Assembly: GCF_036321535.1 (NCBI RefSeq)
Contig: NC_087436.1
Location: forward strand, 36,086,001 to 36,150,000
Length of the DNA: 64,000 bases
Reading direction: 5' to 3'
From: Camelus dromedarius
Lineage: Eukaryota
In this document: piece by piece, positions 1-13,715 of the stretch
How positions within the stretch are numbered: position 1 is the first letter of the stretch
Layout: every line of letters begins with the position of its first letter
The notes under the pieces: generated by a model
Databases searched by the model: none
What the model saw: the letters and a program-made list of their open reading frames with translations, nothing else
What the model was told of the DNA's origin: nothing
Translations under genes and position numbers: made by a program

Positions 1-498
1 CTTATCTAAGAAATAAGTATTACTATAAAAAATATTATTCCAAGAAATAAAGAAAATTTTGGTCAAGAAAATAAACTAGTGGAAAGTAAAAATTAGAGAA
101 AAGGACTAAAGTGAAAATAAAATGAGATTTTGCTTAAGCTCTTGGTGATTTTACATTTTCATCACATGCTTATAAATTAGAAAAATCTTTCTGGGGAAAA
201 AAAATTTGATGATACTTGTCACAAGATTTAAAAATCACATATTTTAGTCTAGTAATTCCACTCCTACGAATCATAAATGCAAAGATCTGGACAAAAATAA
301 GTTTATAATCATACAAGAGAAAAACAGAAAATACCCTATGTATTTGAGAATGGAAGAAGGATAAAACAATTACAGTTTATCCACATATAGTCTATTATGC
401 TACTATTAACAAGATGTTTGCCAAAAATTTTAGAGTAAGACGTTTACCATATAACTTTTAGTGAAAAAAGCAGAGTATAAAACTATACATACCCTAAG

Positions 499-2535
499 TG
501 TCACTATATGCCGATGACATGTTACTATATATAGAAAACCCTAAAAGGTCCACACAAAAACTACTAGAGCTGATCAAAGAATTCAGCAAGGTAGCAGGTT
601 ACAAGATTAACGTTCAAAAATCAGTTGCATTTCTTTACACTAACGATGAATCAACAGAAAAAGAAAGTAAAGAAACAATCCCCTTTAAAATAGCACCCAA
701 AGTAATAAAATACCTAGGAATAAATCTAACCAAGGAGGTGAAAGAATTATACACAGAAAACTATAAACCACTGATGAAGGAAATTAAAGAAGACTTTAAA
801 AAATGGAAAGATATTCCATGCTCTTGGATTGGAAGAATCAATATTGTTAAAATGGTCACACTGTCCAAGACAATCTATTTATTTAATGCAATCCCTATCA
901 AATTACTCAGGACATACTTCACAGAACTAGAACAAATCATAATAAAATTTATATGGAACCATCAAAGACCTAGAATTGCCAAAGCATTACTGAAGAGAAA
1001 GAAAGAGGCTGGAGGAATAACTCTCCCAGACTTCAGACAATACTATAGAGCTACAGTCATCAAGACAGCATGGTATTGGTACAAAAACAGACATATGGAC
1101 CAATGGAACAGAACAGAGAGCCCAGAAATGAACCCACAAACTTTTGGTCAACTAATCTTAGACAAAGGAGGCAAGAATATACAATGGAATAAAGACAGTC
1201 TCTTCAGCAAATGGTGTTGGGAAAACTGGACAGCAACATGTAAAACAATGAAGCTAGAACACTCCCTTATACCATACACAAAAATAAACTCAAAATGGAT
1301 CAAAGACTTAAACATAAGACAAGATACAATAAACCTCCTAGAGGAAAATATAGGCAAAACATTATCTGACATACATCTCAAAAATGTTCTCCTAGAACAG
1401 TCTACTCAAGCAATAGAAATAAAAGCAAGAATAAACAAATGGGACCTAATGAAACTTACAAGCTTCTGCACAGCAAAGGAAACCATAAGTAAAACAAAAA
1501 GACAACTTATGGAATGGGAAAAAATTTTTGCAAATGAAACCAACAAAGGCTTGATCTCCAGAATATATAAGCAGTTCATATGACTTAAGAAAAAAATAAC
1601 CCAATACAAAAATGGGCAGAAGACCTAAACAAGCAATTCTCCAAGGAAGACATACAAATGATCAATAGGCACATGAAAAAATGCTCCATATTACTAATTA
1701 TCAGAGAAATGCAAATCAAAACTATGATGAGGTATCACCTCACACCAGTCACAATAGCCATCATTCAAAAGTCCACAAATGACAAATGCTGGAGAGGCTG
1801 TGGAGAAAAGGGAACCCTCCTACACTGCTGGTGGGAATGCAGTTTGTTGCAGCCATTGGGGAAAACAGTATGGAGATTCCTCAAAAGACTAGAAATAGAC
1901 TTACCATATGACCCAGGAATCCCGCTCCTGGGCATATATCCAGAAGGAACCCTACTTCAAAATGACACCTGCACACCAGTGTTCATAGCAGCATTATTTA
2001 CAATAGCCAAGACATGGAAACAGCCTAAATGTCCAACAACAGACGACTGGATAAAGAAGATGTGGTACATTTATACGATGGAATACTACTCAGCCATAAA
2101 AACTGACAACATAACACCATTTGCAGCAACATGGATCCTCCTGGAGAATGTCATTCTAAGTGAAGTAAGCCAGAAAGAGAAAGAAAAATACCATACGAGA
2201 TCGCTCATATGTGGAATCTAAAAAAACAAACAAACAAAAAAACAAAAGCATAAATACAAAACAGAAATAGACTCACAGACATAAAATACAAACTTGTGGT
2301 TGCCAAGGGGGTGGAGGGTGGGAAGAGATAGACTGCGATTTCAAAATTGTAGAATAGATAAACAAGATTACACTGTATAGCACAGGGAAATATATACAAG
2401 ATCTTATGGTAGCTCACAGAGAAAAAAATGTGACAATGAATATATATATGTTCACGTATAACTGAAAATTTGTGCTCTACACTGGAATTTGACACAACAT
2501 TGTAAAATGAGTATAAATCAATAAAAAAGTTTAAA
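499..2535 (+). mobile_element. Young 5'-truncated LINE-1 (ORF2 from RT YADD to C-terminus, 3'UTR, A tail)
   Basis: ORFs 498..1583 and 1658..2221 are L1 ORF2p ([25 protein letters not shown]); flanking near-direct repeats 479-498 and 2536-2555. Confidence 0.95.
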
Positions 2536-4004
2536 AAAATTATATATACCTTAAGATTAATAATATTAAAATATCTACATGCACAAAAAATTTTATAAAA
2601 TTCTAAAAAAGCTATTAGAACTATAACAAAATATTAAAAGTTACCTCTGGGTGAAAAACTGAAATTTCACAATGCTTATTAGCATATTCAAAGATTCTAA
2701 GGATTCCTAGAGTAAAGAAATACATCTGTCTTTCATCACCAATTAACTGTAAAATACATTTGACTTTTAATATATCATTTGGTATAATCACCAATTCAGA
2801 AAAGTCCAAAAAAGGAAACATTACATTTAAGTAAGTGGCTAACACTTGTGGTCTCCTGAAATTAATAATGCGTTATATTATAATTGGCAACATTCCCATC
2901 TTAAGACATTTCTTTCAAACTTAAATTAGGCAAGTGTGATTTAGAAGGTTTAATTTCACACACCAAAACCTTCTCTCAAAAGATGCTGAATGCTCAATTT
3001 ACTATTAAAAATGTTTGCAATTAACTAGCTACTTGGAACAGGTTTTCTATAGCAAAATAAATATCAAATCTTTTGCAGAAATAATTTGGAGAAATTTTTT
3101 TAGATATAATGGCTAGAAGAGTGATGTTTAGGGGAATCTAATTACAGAAATGTTGACTTCTCAGGAATATTTTTACAATCTGAAGTGAGCATGAAAAGCA
3201 ATGTAAGAAAGTACTCTGACCAGGGCTAATCACTCTGGACCTCATGAGTAACATCACAGTGCACCATGGCCGCAGGCCAAATAATAAAGTGCCAAATGGA
3301 AAATGGCACAAGTCCATGAATTGTAAATACTGTATCAAAAGAAAATAAAGGAAAAAAATCTTTCATTAAAGCAAAAATGCAGTTGCAGTCCTGGTTCCTG
3401 TGATGAATAAATCAGCTCACGATTCCAAGAGTGATCAGCCATTGTTTAAACACATTCTCCATTGGTAGTAACTTTAAGTTTAAAAGCTTACTGTATGTTT
3501 CTTCAGTTCCTAAGCTTTTAAAATAACTAAAAATGTTATTGGATGGTGTAGTTAGTTTATAGCCCTATCCCCCAAAATTTTTACATGTAACATTTGATGA
3601 TTAGGCATCTACCTGACCCATTAAATTACGTAATGGCACCAAATGAAGTACACATAAATCCTGCAAAAAAAGTATTCATACCAGTCAATGTGCCCAAACT
3701 TAAGACCACAAGTTCCACAGACATGAAAAGTTTCTACTAACCCAACATCAATCATTCTCTATTCTAACTCCGTTTGTCAAATTATTCATACGAAATTATC
3801 GTGTTCTGCTACAGAGCTTCTAAAACACCCCAAAGTCAAACTTTTAGTAGTAAGTTAGAAAATGTTTCAAAAAGGATTCAACATCACATTAAGCAGCCTA
3901 AACCGGCAGCTAGTCCTTGGAGATGTTCTTATTTCCAGCGTATTGTTTCTCAGCCTACATTCACAAAAGAAATGTGTTCTACAAGAAGCTAACAAGTGTC
4001 TGCT

Positions 4005-4480
4005 TCACTTAGCTTTTGCTAATTACTCCCAAATTTAGCTGCTCACAACAACAGACATTTATTATCTCTGACAATTCCGAGGGTTAACTAGGTGGTTTCC
4101 TCTGATCTAGGCAAACTTCGACTGGGATGGGGTGGTCTAGCATGGCATCCCATGTCTGACAATTTGTGATGGATCTCAACTAAGCAGGCTCATCTCTGCT
4201 CCACACAGTCCCTCATCTTCAGGAAGTTAGTACAGATTTCTTAACAAAGCAAGGTCAAAGATCAACAAGAGAAGGCAAGCACTAAGCACTTTCAAGCCTG
4301 CTTGCATCATGACTACCAATGCCCTATTGGCCAAAGCAAGTTACATGGCCAAGTGCAGATTCAAGGGTGGAATACTTGACTCTGAGTCTTTTATAGCAGG
4401 AGCTACAACACTGCAGTGCAAAGTGACAAACACAGTGATAGGAAGAATCCGTGGTCATTTTTTGCAGTCTACCACACTGC
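4005..4480. mobile_element. Old MaLR (MLT1-like) LTR remnant
   Basis: Motifs cccaaatttagc...acaacaacagacatttattatctc and ctattggccaaagcaagttacatggccaag resemble MLT1 LTRs; boundaries approximate. Confidence 0.6.
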
Positions 4481-4929
4481 AAAATACAGAAACTCTCTGC
4501 TCTATGGTGAAATAAATTTAAATAACAGCTCTCTTTTGATACTTCATAATATCTATTAGCATATTATATATAGTGCAGGACACACTGCCAATGCTTGTTT
4601 CAATGTTCATTTTCTAAATACATTAATATATTCAAAGGCCTATTTTTGTTCCTGAATATCAGGCCCACGTGGGTCATAAGTGATATAATAGGTAGTCCAT
4701 GCATTAAAAAGTAGCTTTTGTTGCCCCTGTCGTGATTTGACTGAGAACTTTGCAAAGACAGTCAATGATGTAGTGTACGTAAAAGAACCCCAGGAAATAC
4801 CAGGCATCATTAGTAGAAAATATCATAACTAGAAGTTTTTTTGTTCTAAAATTAGTCTTGTTGACATTTTCTTGTAAAACTAAACATGGAATTAGTATTA
4901 AATCTAGTAACTGCACTCATAGGCATTTG

Positions 4930-5585
4930 TTCCAAAAGAGGAAAAATTTATACTCACATGATACCTGTACATAAATGTTCACAGCAGCTTTATTCATATT
5001 AGCCCCAAATTGAAACAGCCCAGATGTCCTTCAACATGTGAATACATACCATGGAGTATTACTCAGCAACAGAAAAGAACAAACTATTAATGCATAATGA
5101 TTTGAATGACTCTCCAGGGAATTACACTAAATTAACAACAACAACAAACTAATCCCAATTAGTTGCATACTGTATAATTCCATTTATATAACATTTCTGA
5201 AATGACAGAATTTAAGAAATGAGACAGGAACAAGGTGGGTATAGTTAAGAGCAAAGCAAGAGATCACTGTGCCGATGGAACTCCTCTGTATCTTGATACC
5301 GATGATGGATACACAAGCCTTTACTTGTAATAAAACTGCACAGAACTAAATACAGACACACACACATACATACACACACAGATGAGTACAAGTAATACTG
5401 GGAAAATTTGAATAAGATTGGTGATTCTATCAGAATGAGTATCCTGCTTGTGATATTGTACAAGAGTTTTGCAAATGTTACCTTTGTGGGAAATTGGGTA
5501 AAGGACACACAGGATCTCCCTAAAGTACTTCTTGCAACTGTACTGAATCTACAATTATCTCCATAAAAATTTCAATTAAAAATTT
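4930..5585 (+). mobile_element. Old L1 (L1MC-like) 3' end
   Basis: aatgttcacagcagctttattc, tactgtataattccatttatataacatt and ggatctccctaaagtacttcttgcaact motifs; embedded (CA)n near 5357-5380. Confidence 0.7.
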
Positions 5586-5686
5586 TTTTCTTAAGTTTAG
5601 CTTAGGAAGGTAGTTTCCCTGGACTTTCAGTTTCTTTCAGAGTTTAATTCAAACAGTATGGCTAGTATGAGGGTACAAATACTTAC

Positions 5687-5841
5687 ATTTGGGACATCAA
5701 TTGCTACCTCCCTCATGGCACTGGGCCTGATGTCATTCATCCCCTGCAAAAAATCTTTCAGAGTAACCTTCACCAATCCAGCCACCTTGCTGTCAGGGAG
5801 GTTAGGCTGTTTCCTCAAGACTCTCCGCAAGGCATAGAGAC
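5687..5841 (-). CDS. SPATA5: SPATA5 exon 10 (end of D1, D1-D2 linker); gene continues off the left edge
   Basis: ttgtag|GT CTC TAT...CCA AAT|gtaagt; encodes (G)[51 protein letters not shown]; 155 nt. Confidence 0.95.
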
Positions 5842-7469
5842 CTACAAAAAGAAAAGTAAAACAAGCTTTATCTTCTACCTCACAAATACAGACTGAAACA
5901 TTACTGATAAAAATAATAACAAAAAGTCCAAACCTAATTCATGTTGTAGCATTTAAAATTTTGTGTGCTTTTGTGTGTAGGTGTGGGGGTTTGTGTGGAT
6001 AGCAGTAAGAAGGTAGAGAGGTAGATGAAAATAATATAGGGGATGAAGGCAAAAATCCAAATGCTTAGTTTTGACGGTGAAAATATGACAAACTGATGTG
6101 AAACATGGAAAGACAGGTATTTACAAATGTGAAATAAAACTTATAAAAGAACATCCACAAAAAAGACCATAACGCTTTATCAAAATAATTTAGGGAATTT
6201 CTCTGAAAAGAGCAAAATATTAAAATAAGAACATTTCTTTTGCCTCATACCTTTTGTTAACAAACCAAAGTTAAATTTTGTAAGGTAATGGCAGAACATC
6301 TTGAAGGAAATACTTAGCTTGCAGTTGGAAATGTGGTTTTGGAACTCAAGAGAGAATCAAACTTCAGAGTTATGCACATACACACAAGAGCTTACATTAT
6401 AGACATTGAAGAGACCTGTACAAGGGAAGCTAGGGAGGGATGAGGGATGGAAGAATGAAGGCTGAAGACTCAATCTTAGGAAACCTTATTATCTGAGGAG
6501 CTTAAGAATAAACAATGGTTTAAAAAAAGAGAGAATTAATAGGCAGAGATAGAGAAGTAGAATCAGAACAGCAAAATACAAAGACAAAAAGATGGCCAAT
6601 CAAGTCAAATTTAGAAAGATCCAAAACAAATGAAAAGAGGTAACGCTGATCTAGGAAGTTAAAGATACTAGGTTCTTTGTCTTTGCTATTTGCTTGGAGT
6701 TTAAACACTGACAGGAGTGAATGTCCAACCCCCTCCACCCACACCTAAGTTACCAGATTTGGAGCCTATTGATCTGTGACAAAGACCTCCAGTCTAGAGG
6801 GCAGCAAAGTCCCTATGTGCTCTTTGCCTTAGGGTCTTTTTCAATGAAGTGCTATACTTGTGTTCTAGTGCACAATGAAGTCCCATTTGAAGAATTTTAG
6901 CCTCAGAGACTTAGAAATCCAGTCTGAATATGTGAACTTGCCCTGGGACAACAGCTAGTTCCATCACTTTTAACATCTTTTGTCTAAAATGTTATGCCTC
7001 AATGAATTTTTACTAAATGAAAATGATAACATAATTGCCATTTTACTTGCTTTCATTTGTTTGAACTTTGAAACAGAAGCACTGATGCAAGGAATGCAGG
7101 TATAAATTCCCCCAAACAGAGAGGGTTGCATATCTTTGACTACTAAGAAAAAACAGTGAATAGTAGAACGACACTCAGAAAATAGATCCATAGTGATCTT
7201 TCCCAAGGAAAACTATCGGTGTAAGTCTAATATTCACAGAGGTATTTGAGATAGCAGGCTAACTGGAAAAAAAGCTACAAAAGAGGAAGTTGAGGATATG
7301 TGTAAAAACATCACTATTTTCTTGGGAAATTTTCTTAGGCTTTTCTCTACAATCTAAAATCTTTATAAGTCACTTATATAAGTCTATCTTACAAATGCCC
7401 ATTTGGTTTTTTGCCTTCCAAAAATGTTCAAAGATAATTCTTCAGGTCATTCATGTTTCTGCTTATCTT

Positions 7470-7807
7470 TCCAGCACAAGCACTAACTGACTCTGTTACA
7501 AACCATCTTTTCAAGGATGTTTGTACACAGGAAGATAGAGGAAGACAGAGTGTCTCCTGCCAAAGCAAAGGGCAAACATGCTTACTGCCCATTACAGCAT
7601 ACCCTCCCTATGCTGAGAGTTCTCCCCCTGTAAATACTGAGACTCTTAGAGTGGAGCAAATGCTGCTGCTCTGGCTATTTCTGTTGCTAAAGTAATAGTC
7701 TGTCCTTTAACTCAGACCCAGGAATACTGTATCTTCTGCAAGCACTTGTGAAACTTGATAGCTTACAAGTTGGGTAAAAATCTCAAGCCCTTCACAGCTC
7801 TTGACAT
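7470..7807 (+). mobile_element. Probable ERV1-class solo LTR remnant
   Basis: Ends in aaaatctcaagcccttcacagctcttgaca, resembling MER31/MER67-type LTR 3' ends; family assignment from memory. Confidence 0.4.
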
Positions 7808-8432
7808 GAAAATAAAGATTTTAAATTAGACTGTTTCGCTGCCCAACACACCTTTTAGTTAATTAGTACCAGAGTATAAAAAACTAAATAAATAAAGTTT
7901 CAGAAATAAGGCACTGTGCCTTAAACAGTACCTTGGTGGCCTGAAAGAATTTAAACAGTTCTCAAAAACTCTTTACATAAATGGAAGTAATCAAAAGACC
8001 AAAGGAACTACTTCATGTTTCAAATCTGGCAATTTTGTCAATATTTCTAAGTTTGACCAGATAGCTTACTCTTATTGGTACCTATACACTAAAAACTGAA
8101 ACAAAGGAAGTGGTGTAATAATTTTCCCACCATATTTACATCATGAGGCATAAAATTTGTCAATAAAGGAGACCAATTATTTTCATTTGAGAAAGGGGTT
8201 TGGAAAGGGCAGGCAATATATGGTTTTAAAAAGTATACATAATACTATAATATAAATGTATATTTATAAAACAGCATAACCTCTACAAGTTCAAATACAA
8301 ACTACTGAACTTAAAGCTGGGCAAAAACTCCACATCTATGAGGACAGCAAGAAAACAGCAGTAATTCCCAGAGGAAACAGAAAAGGAAAAAGAATTAAGA
8401 AGCCTAGAGTTTCCAAAAGTTAAGAAATACTA

Positions 8433-11400
8433 GGGGGGGTGTAGCAAGGATGGCAGAGTAGGAACACCCTGAGCTTACCTCCTCCTACAAGCATACCAAA
8501 ATTACAACTGTTTGCAAAGCAACTATCTATGAGAACAACTTGAAAATTAGCAGAAAAGATTTCCACAACTAAAGATATTAAAAGGGAATTATGAAACTAT
8601 GAGACAGTAGGAGGGACAGAGATGCAACATAGTCAAGACCCGTACACCTACGTGGGTGACCTACAAATGGGAGGACAGATGTGTCCCATGCAGCCTACAC
8701 AGCAGGCATGCCCTAGAATATACAGCTCTAGTGACCAGAGGGGAGTGTGCTACCAGGCACCAAAGAACGTCTCCTACATGAGGCCTCTTCTCCAAAACTG
8801 GCAAACATAACCAACCTACTTAATACGCAGAAAAAAAGAGCAAATTTGGGAAAATGAGGAGACAGAGGAGTACGTTCCAAATAAAGGAACAAGACAAAAT
8901 ACCAGGAGAAGAAATAAACCAAGGGGAGATAAGAAATCTTCCCAATAAAGAGGTCAAGGTAATAATCATAAAGATGCTCAATAAACTCAGGAATAGAATG
9001 GATGAACAGAGTAAAAATTTTAACAAAGAGAAAATATACTGAAGAACCAAACAGAACTAAAAAATGAAATAACTAGTAATATCCAAAATATACAAATAGC
9101 TCATACAAGTTAACACTGAAAAAAACAAACAAGCAGGTTAAAAAATGGGCAGCAGATTTGAATATACATTTTTCCAAAGAAGACATAAAGACAGCCAACA
9201 GGCATACGAAAAGGTGCTCAACATCACTAACTATTAGAGAAATGCAAGTCAAAACCACAATGAGGTGTTACCTCACATTTGTCAGAATGGCTATCATCAA
9301 AAAGTCTATAAATAACAAATGTTGGTCAGGGTGTGGAGAAAAGAGAACCCTCATACTCTGCTGGTGGGGATGTAAATTTGTGCAGCCAGTGGAAAACAGT
9401 ATGCAGGTTCCTTAAAACACTAAAAACAACTTTCATATGATCCAGCAATTCCACTCCTGAGTATATACCCAGAAAAAAATGAAAACACTAATCCAAAAGG
9501 ATACATGCACTCTAATGTTCACAGCAGCACTATTTATGACAGCTAAGACATGGAAACAATTCAAGTGCCCATCAAGAGAAGACTGGATTAAGAAGACATG
9601 GGGTGTGTGTATACACATACACACACAATGGAATATACTTAACTATAAAAAAGAACAAAACACTGCCATCTGCAGCAACATGGATGTACCTAGAAAATAT
9701 TATGCTTGGTGAAGCAAATCAGACAGAGAAAGACAAATACTATATCACTTATATGTAGAAACTAAAAAATAATACAAATGAATGTATATACAAAACAGAA
9801 AGAGATTCAGGAATAGAAAACAAACTTGTGATTACTAAAGGGGATAGGGAGGTAGGGTGGGACAAACCAGGGGTATGGGATTAACAGATACAAACTTCTA
9901 TATATAAAACAGATGAGCAACAGTGATTTACTATATAGCACAAGGAATTATACCCATTATCCTGCAATAACCTATAACAGGATATAACCTGCAAAAAACA
10001 CTGAATCACTATGCTATACACCTGAAATTAACACAATATTGTAAATAACTATACTTCAACTAAAAAAAAAATACAATAAGTAAAAGATTTGTGAGAAGCA
10101 ATCAACAGTAGATTGCTACACAATACTAAAAAATTGATCAGCAAACTGGAAGACAGAGTAGTGAAATCACTCAAGCTAAACAGAAATAAAGTAAAAAGAA
10201 TTGAATAAGGGTAGTTTTAAAAGACCTATGAGACAACAACAGGCATACTAATATTCACATGACAGGGGTCTCAAAAGAAGAGAGAAAGAAGCAGAGAACT
10301 TATTTCAATAAATAATAGCTAAAAACTTCACTAACCTAGGAAAGGAAAGAGACATCCACGTCAAGGAAGCACAAAGAGTTCCAAACAAGATGAACCCAAA
10401 GAGGACCACACCAAGACACATTATAATGGAAAAGGCAAAAATTAAAGAATCTTAAAAGCAGCAAGAAAATAGCAACTAGTTATGAACAATGGAAGTTCCA
10501 TAAAATTATAGGCTGACTTTTCAGTAGAAAATTTGCAGGCCAGAAAAGGGAGTGGCATGATATATTCAAAGAGATGAAAGGGAACATACAACCAAGAATA
10601 CTCTACTAAAGATGGCTATCATTCAGATATGAAGAAAGATAAAGAAGTTTACAGATAAGCAAAAGCTAAGAGTTCAGCATCACTAAACTGGCTTTACAAG
10701 AAAGGTTAAAAGAATTTCTCTAAGCAAAAAGACCTCAGTTAGAAACATAAAAATTATGAAAGGAAAAATCTCAACAGTAAAGACAAATAAAAAGTAAAGG
10801 GAATAGATGAGTCACTAATAATGCTAGTAGGAAAGGTAAAAGACAAAAGTATTAAAATCATCTATATCCACAGTAAGTAGTTAAGGGATACACAAAACAA
10901 AAATAGGTAAAATACGATGTCAAAAACATTAAATGTGGGGATGTGAGCAAAAACGTATGGTTTTTAGAATATATAAGAAATACACAAGAAAATCATAAGA
11001 GATCATCAACTTAAAATAATCACATATATAAATCAGTTGCCATATATAAACCTCATGATAACTACAAATCAAAAAACTGTAATAGATACACACCAAAAAG
11101 CAAATGAAAAGAAAAAGGAATTCAAGCATAACACTAAAGATACTCATCAAATCTCCAGGAAAGAGAGCAAAAAGAAGAAAGGAACAAAAAAGACCTAAAA
11201 ACAAACAAACAAACCCAGAAAGCAATAAATAAAACAGCAACAAGTGTATACCTATCAATAATTACTTTAAATTTAAAAGGACTAAATATGCCAATTAAAA
11301 AACACAGAGTGGCTAAATGAATAATACTAAAAAAAAAAACAAAACAAAAAACCCTACATAGCCTGCCCTACAAGAGACTCACTTCAGATCTAAGACACAC

Positions 11401-13715
11401 AGACTGAAAGTGAGTAGATGGAAAAAAATATTTCATGTAACTGGAAATGAAAAGAAAGCTGAGGTAGCACTGCTTAGACAAAAAAAGACTTTAAAATAAA
11501 AACTGCAAAAAGAGAAAAGGGGAGATATTACATAATGATAAAAGGATCAATCCAACAAAAAGATAAAAGGATCAATCCAACAAAAAGATGACTAATAATT
11601 GTAAATGTATATGCATCCAATATATGAGAACCTAAATACATAAAGTAAATATTAGCAAGCATAAATAAAGAAATTGATAGTAACACAGTAACAGCAGGGG
11701 ATTTTAACAGCCACTTACATCAAACAGACAGATCATCTAAACAGAAAATCAGTAAGGAAACACTTCCTTAAATGAGACACTAAAGCAGCTGGACTTGTGT
11801 GTGTAAATACATATATACACATACAGTATTTCATTCCCAAACCGCAGAATACACATTCTTTTCAAGTACACACGGAACATTCCCAGAACAGATAACATGC
11901 TAGGTCACAAAACAAGTTTCAATAAATTTAAGGTTGAAATCATACTCTAGCATCTTTTCCTACCACAATGCTATGAGGCTAGAAATTAACTGCAAGAAAA
12001 AAATGGAAGGAAAAAAAAACAAAAAAACTCCACAGTGGCTAAATAATATGCAACTAAAAGGGTTACGGAAGAAATTGAAAATGAAGTTTAAAAAAAAAAC
12101 CCTGAAGATAAATGACAATAAAAATAAAGTGATCAAAAATCTATGGGACACAGCAAAACAGTTAAAGAGGGAAGTTTACAGCAACATGAGCCTACCTCAG
12201 GAAAGAAAAAAAATCTCAAATAAATAAGCTAAACTTACACCTAAAAGAACTAGAAAAAGGATGAATAAAACCCAAATAAAACCCAAAGAAATCACAAGAT
12301 CAGAGCAGAAATAAATGAAATAACAACTAAAAAAAAAAAACAGGAAAGATCAATAAAACGAAGAGCTTCTTCTCTGAAAAGATAAACAAAATTGACAAAG
12401 CTTTACCCAGACTCATCAGGAAAAAGACAGAGGGCCAAAATAGATAAAATCAGAAACAAAAGAGAAGCTACAACCAACACTAAGAAATACAAAGATTCAT
12501 TAGAGATTATAAGAGATTATACCTCAATAAAAAAAGGAACAACCTAGAAGAAATGGATAAATTCCTAGAAACATACAATTTCCCAAGACTGATTAAGAAA
12601 GAAACAGAAAATCTGAACAGACTGGTAATTAATCATTTAGTACTAAAACTGAATCAGTAATCAAAAAACTCCCAAAAATCAAAAGTCTGGGACAAGATGG
12701 CTTCACAGGGGAAATCTATAAAACATTTAAGGAAGAGTTAACACTTATCCTTCTCAAACTATTCCAAACAACTGAAAAGGAAGGAACACTTCCAAACTCA
12801 CTCTACAAGGCCAACATTACCCTGGTACCAAAAGCAAACAAAGACATTATAAAAAAAGAAAATTTTAAGACAATATCCCTGATGAACATAGAAGCAAAAG
12901 TCCTCAACAAAATACTACCAAATTGACTCCAACAATACATTAAAAGAATCATACACCATGATCAATTTGGATTTATCCCAGGGATGCAAGGAATTTTCAG
13001 TATCTGCAAATCAATCAATGTGATACACCACATTAACAAACTGAAGAATAAAAACCATGATCATCTCAATAGATGCAGAAAAAGCTTTGGACAAAACTCA
13101 ACATCCACATATGATAAAAACTCTCAACAAGATGGGTAGAGAGGGAACATACCTCAACATAATAAAGGCCATGTATGATAAACCTACAGCCAACATCATT
13201 CTTAATGGTGAAAAGTTGAAAGCATTTACTCTAAGAACAGGAACAGGACAAAGATGCCCACTCTCACGACTTTTATTCAACATAATATTGGAAGTTCTAG
13301 CCATGGTAATCAGACAAGAAAAAGAAAGAAACAGAATCAAAATTGGAAAGGAAGAAGTAAAACTGTCACTGTGCATGGCTTGACACTCTATATACAAAAT
13401 CCTAAAGATGCTACCAAAACACTAATAGAACTAGTAAATGAATTCAGTAAAGTTGGAAAATATGAAATTAATAAACAGATATCTGTTGTGTTTCTATACA
13501 CTAGTAACAAATTATCAGAATGAGAAATTAAGAAAACAATTCCATTTACAATTGCATCAAAAAGAATAAAATACCTAGTAATACACCTAATCAGGAAGTA
13601 AAAGACATGTACTTGGAAAACTATGACATTGATGAAAAAACTGAAGATGACACAAACAAATGGAAAGCTATACTATTCCATGTTCATGGATTGGAAGAAT
13701 TAATAGTGTTAAAGT
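8433..13715 (+). mobile_element. Degraded L1 with 5'UTR, ORF1 and partial ORF2; interrupted by a nested L1 and lacking its 3' end
   Basis: Starts G7...gatggcagagtagga; ORF1p N-terminus MRRQRSTFQIKEQDK at 8854; ORF1 resumes after ~10070; ORF2 EN/RT remnants ([12 protein letters not shown] at 13057) run to ~13715. Confidence 0.88.
9073..10070 (+). mobile_element. 5'-truncated L1 (ORF2 C-terminus, 3'UTR, poly-A) nested in ORF1 of the previous L1
   Basis: ORFs 9158..9415 and 9479..9712 are ORF2p C-terminal fragments; poly-A at 10062-10071; junctions aaaaatgaaataa / aaaaatacaataa. Confidence 0.85.

Noticed and set aside
498..2221. Long reverse-transcriptase-like ORFs as a novel RT system or host gene
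   Set aside because: They are ordinary L1 ORF2p fragments with a 3'UTR, A tail and TSD; the element is 5'-truncated and interrupted.
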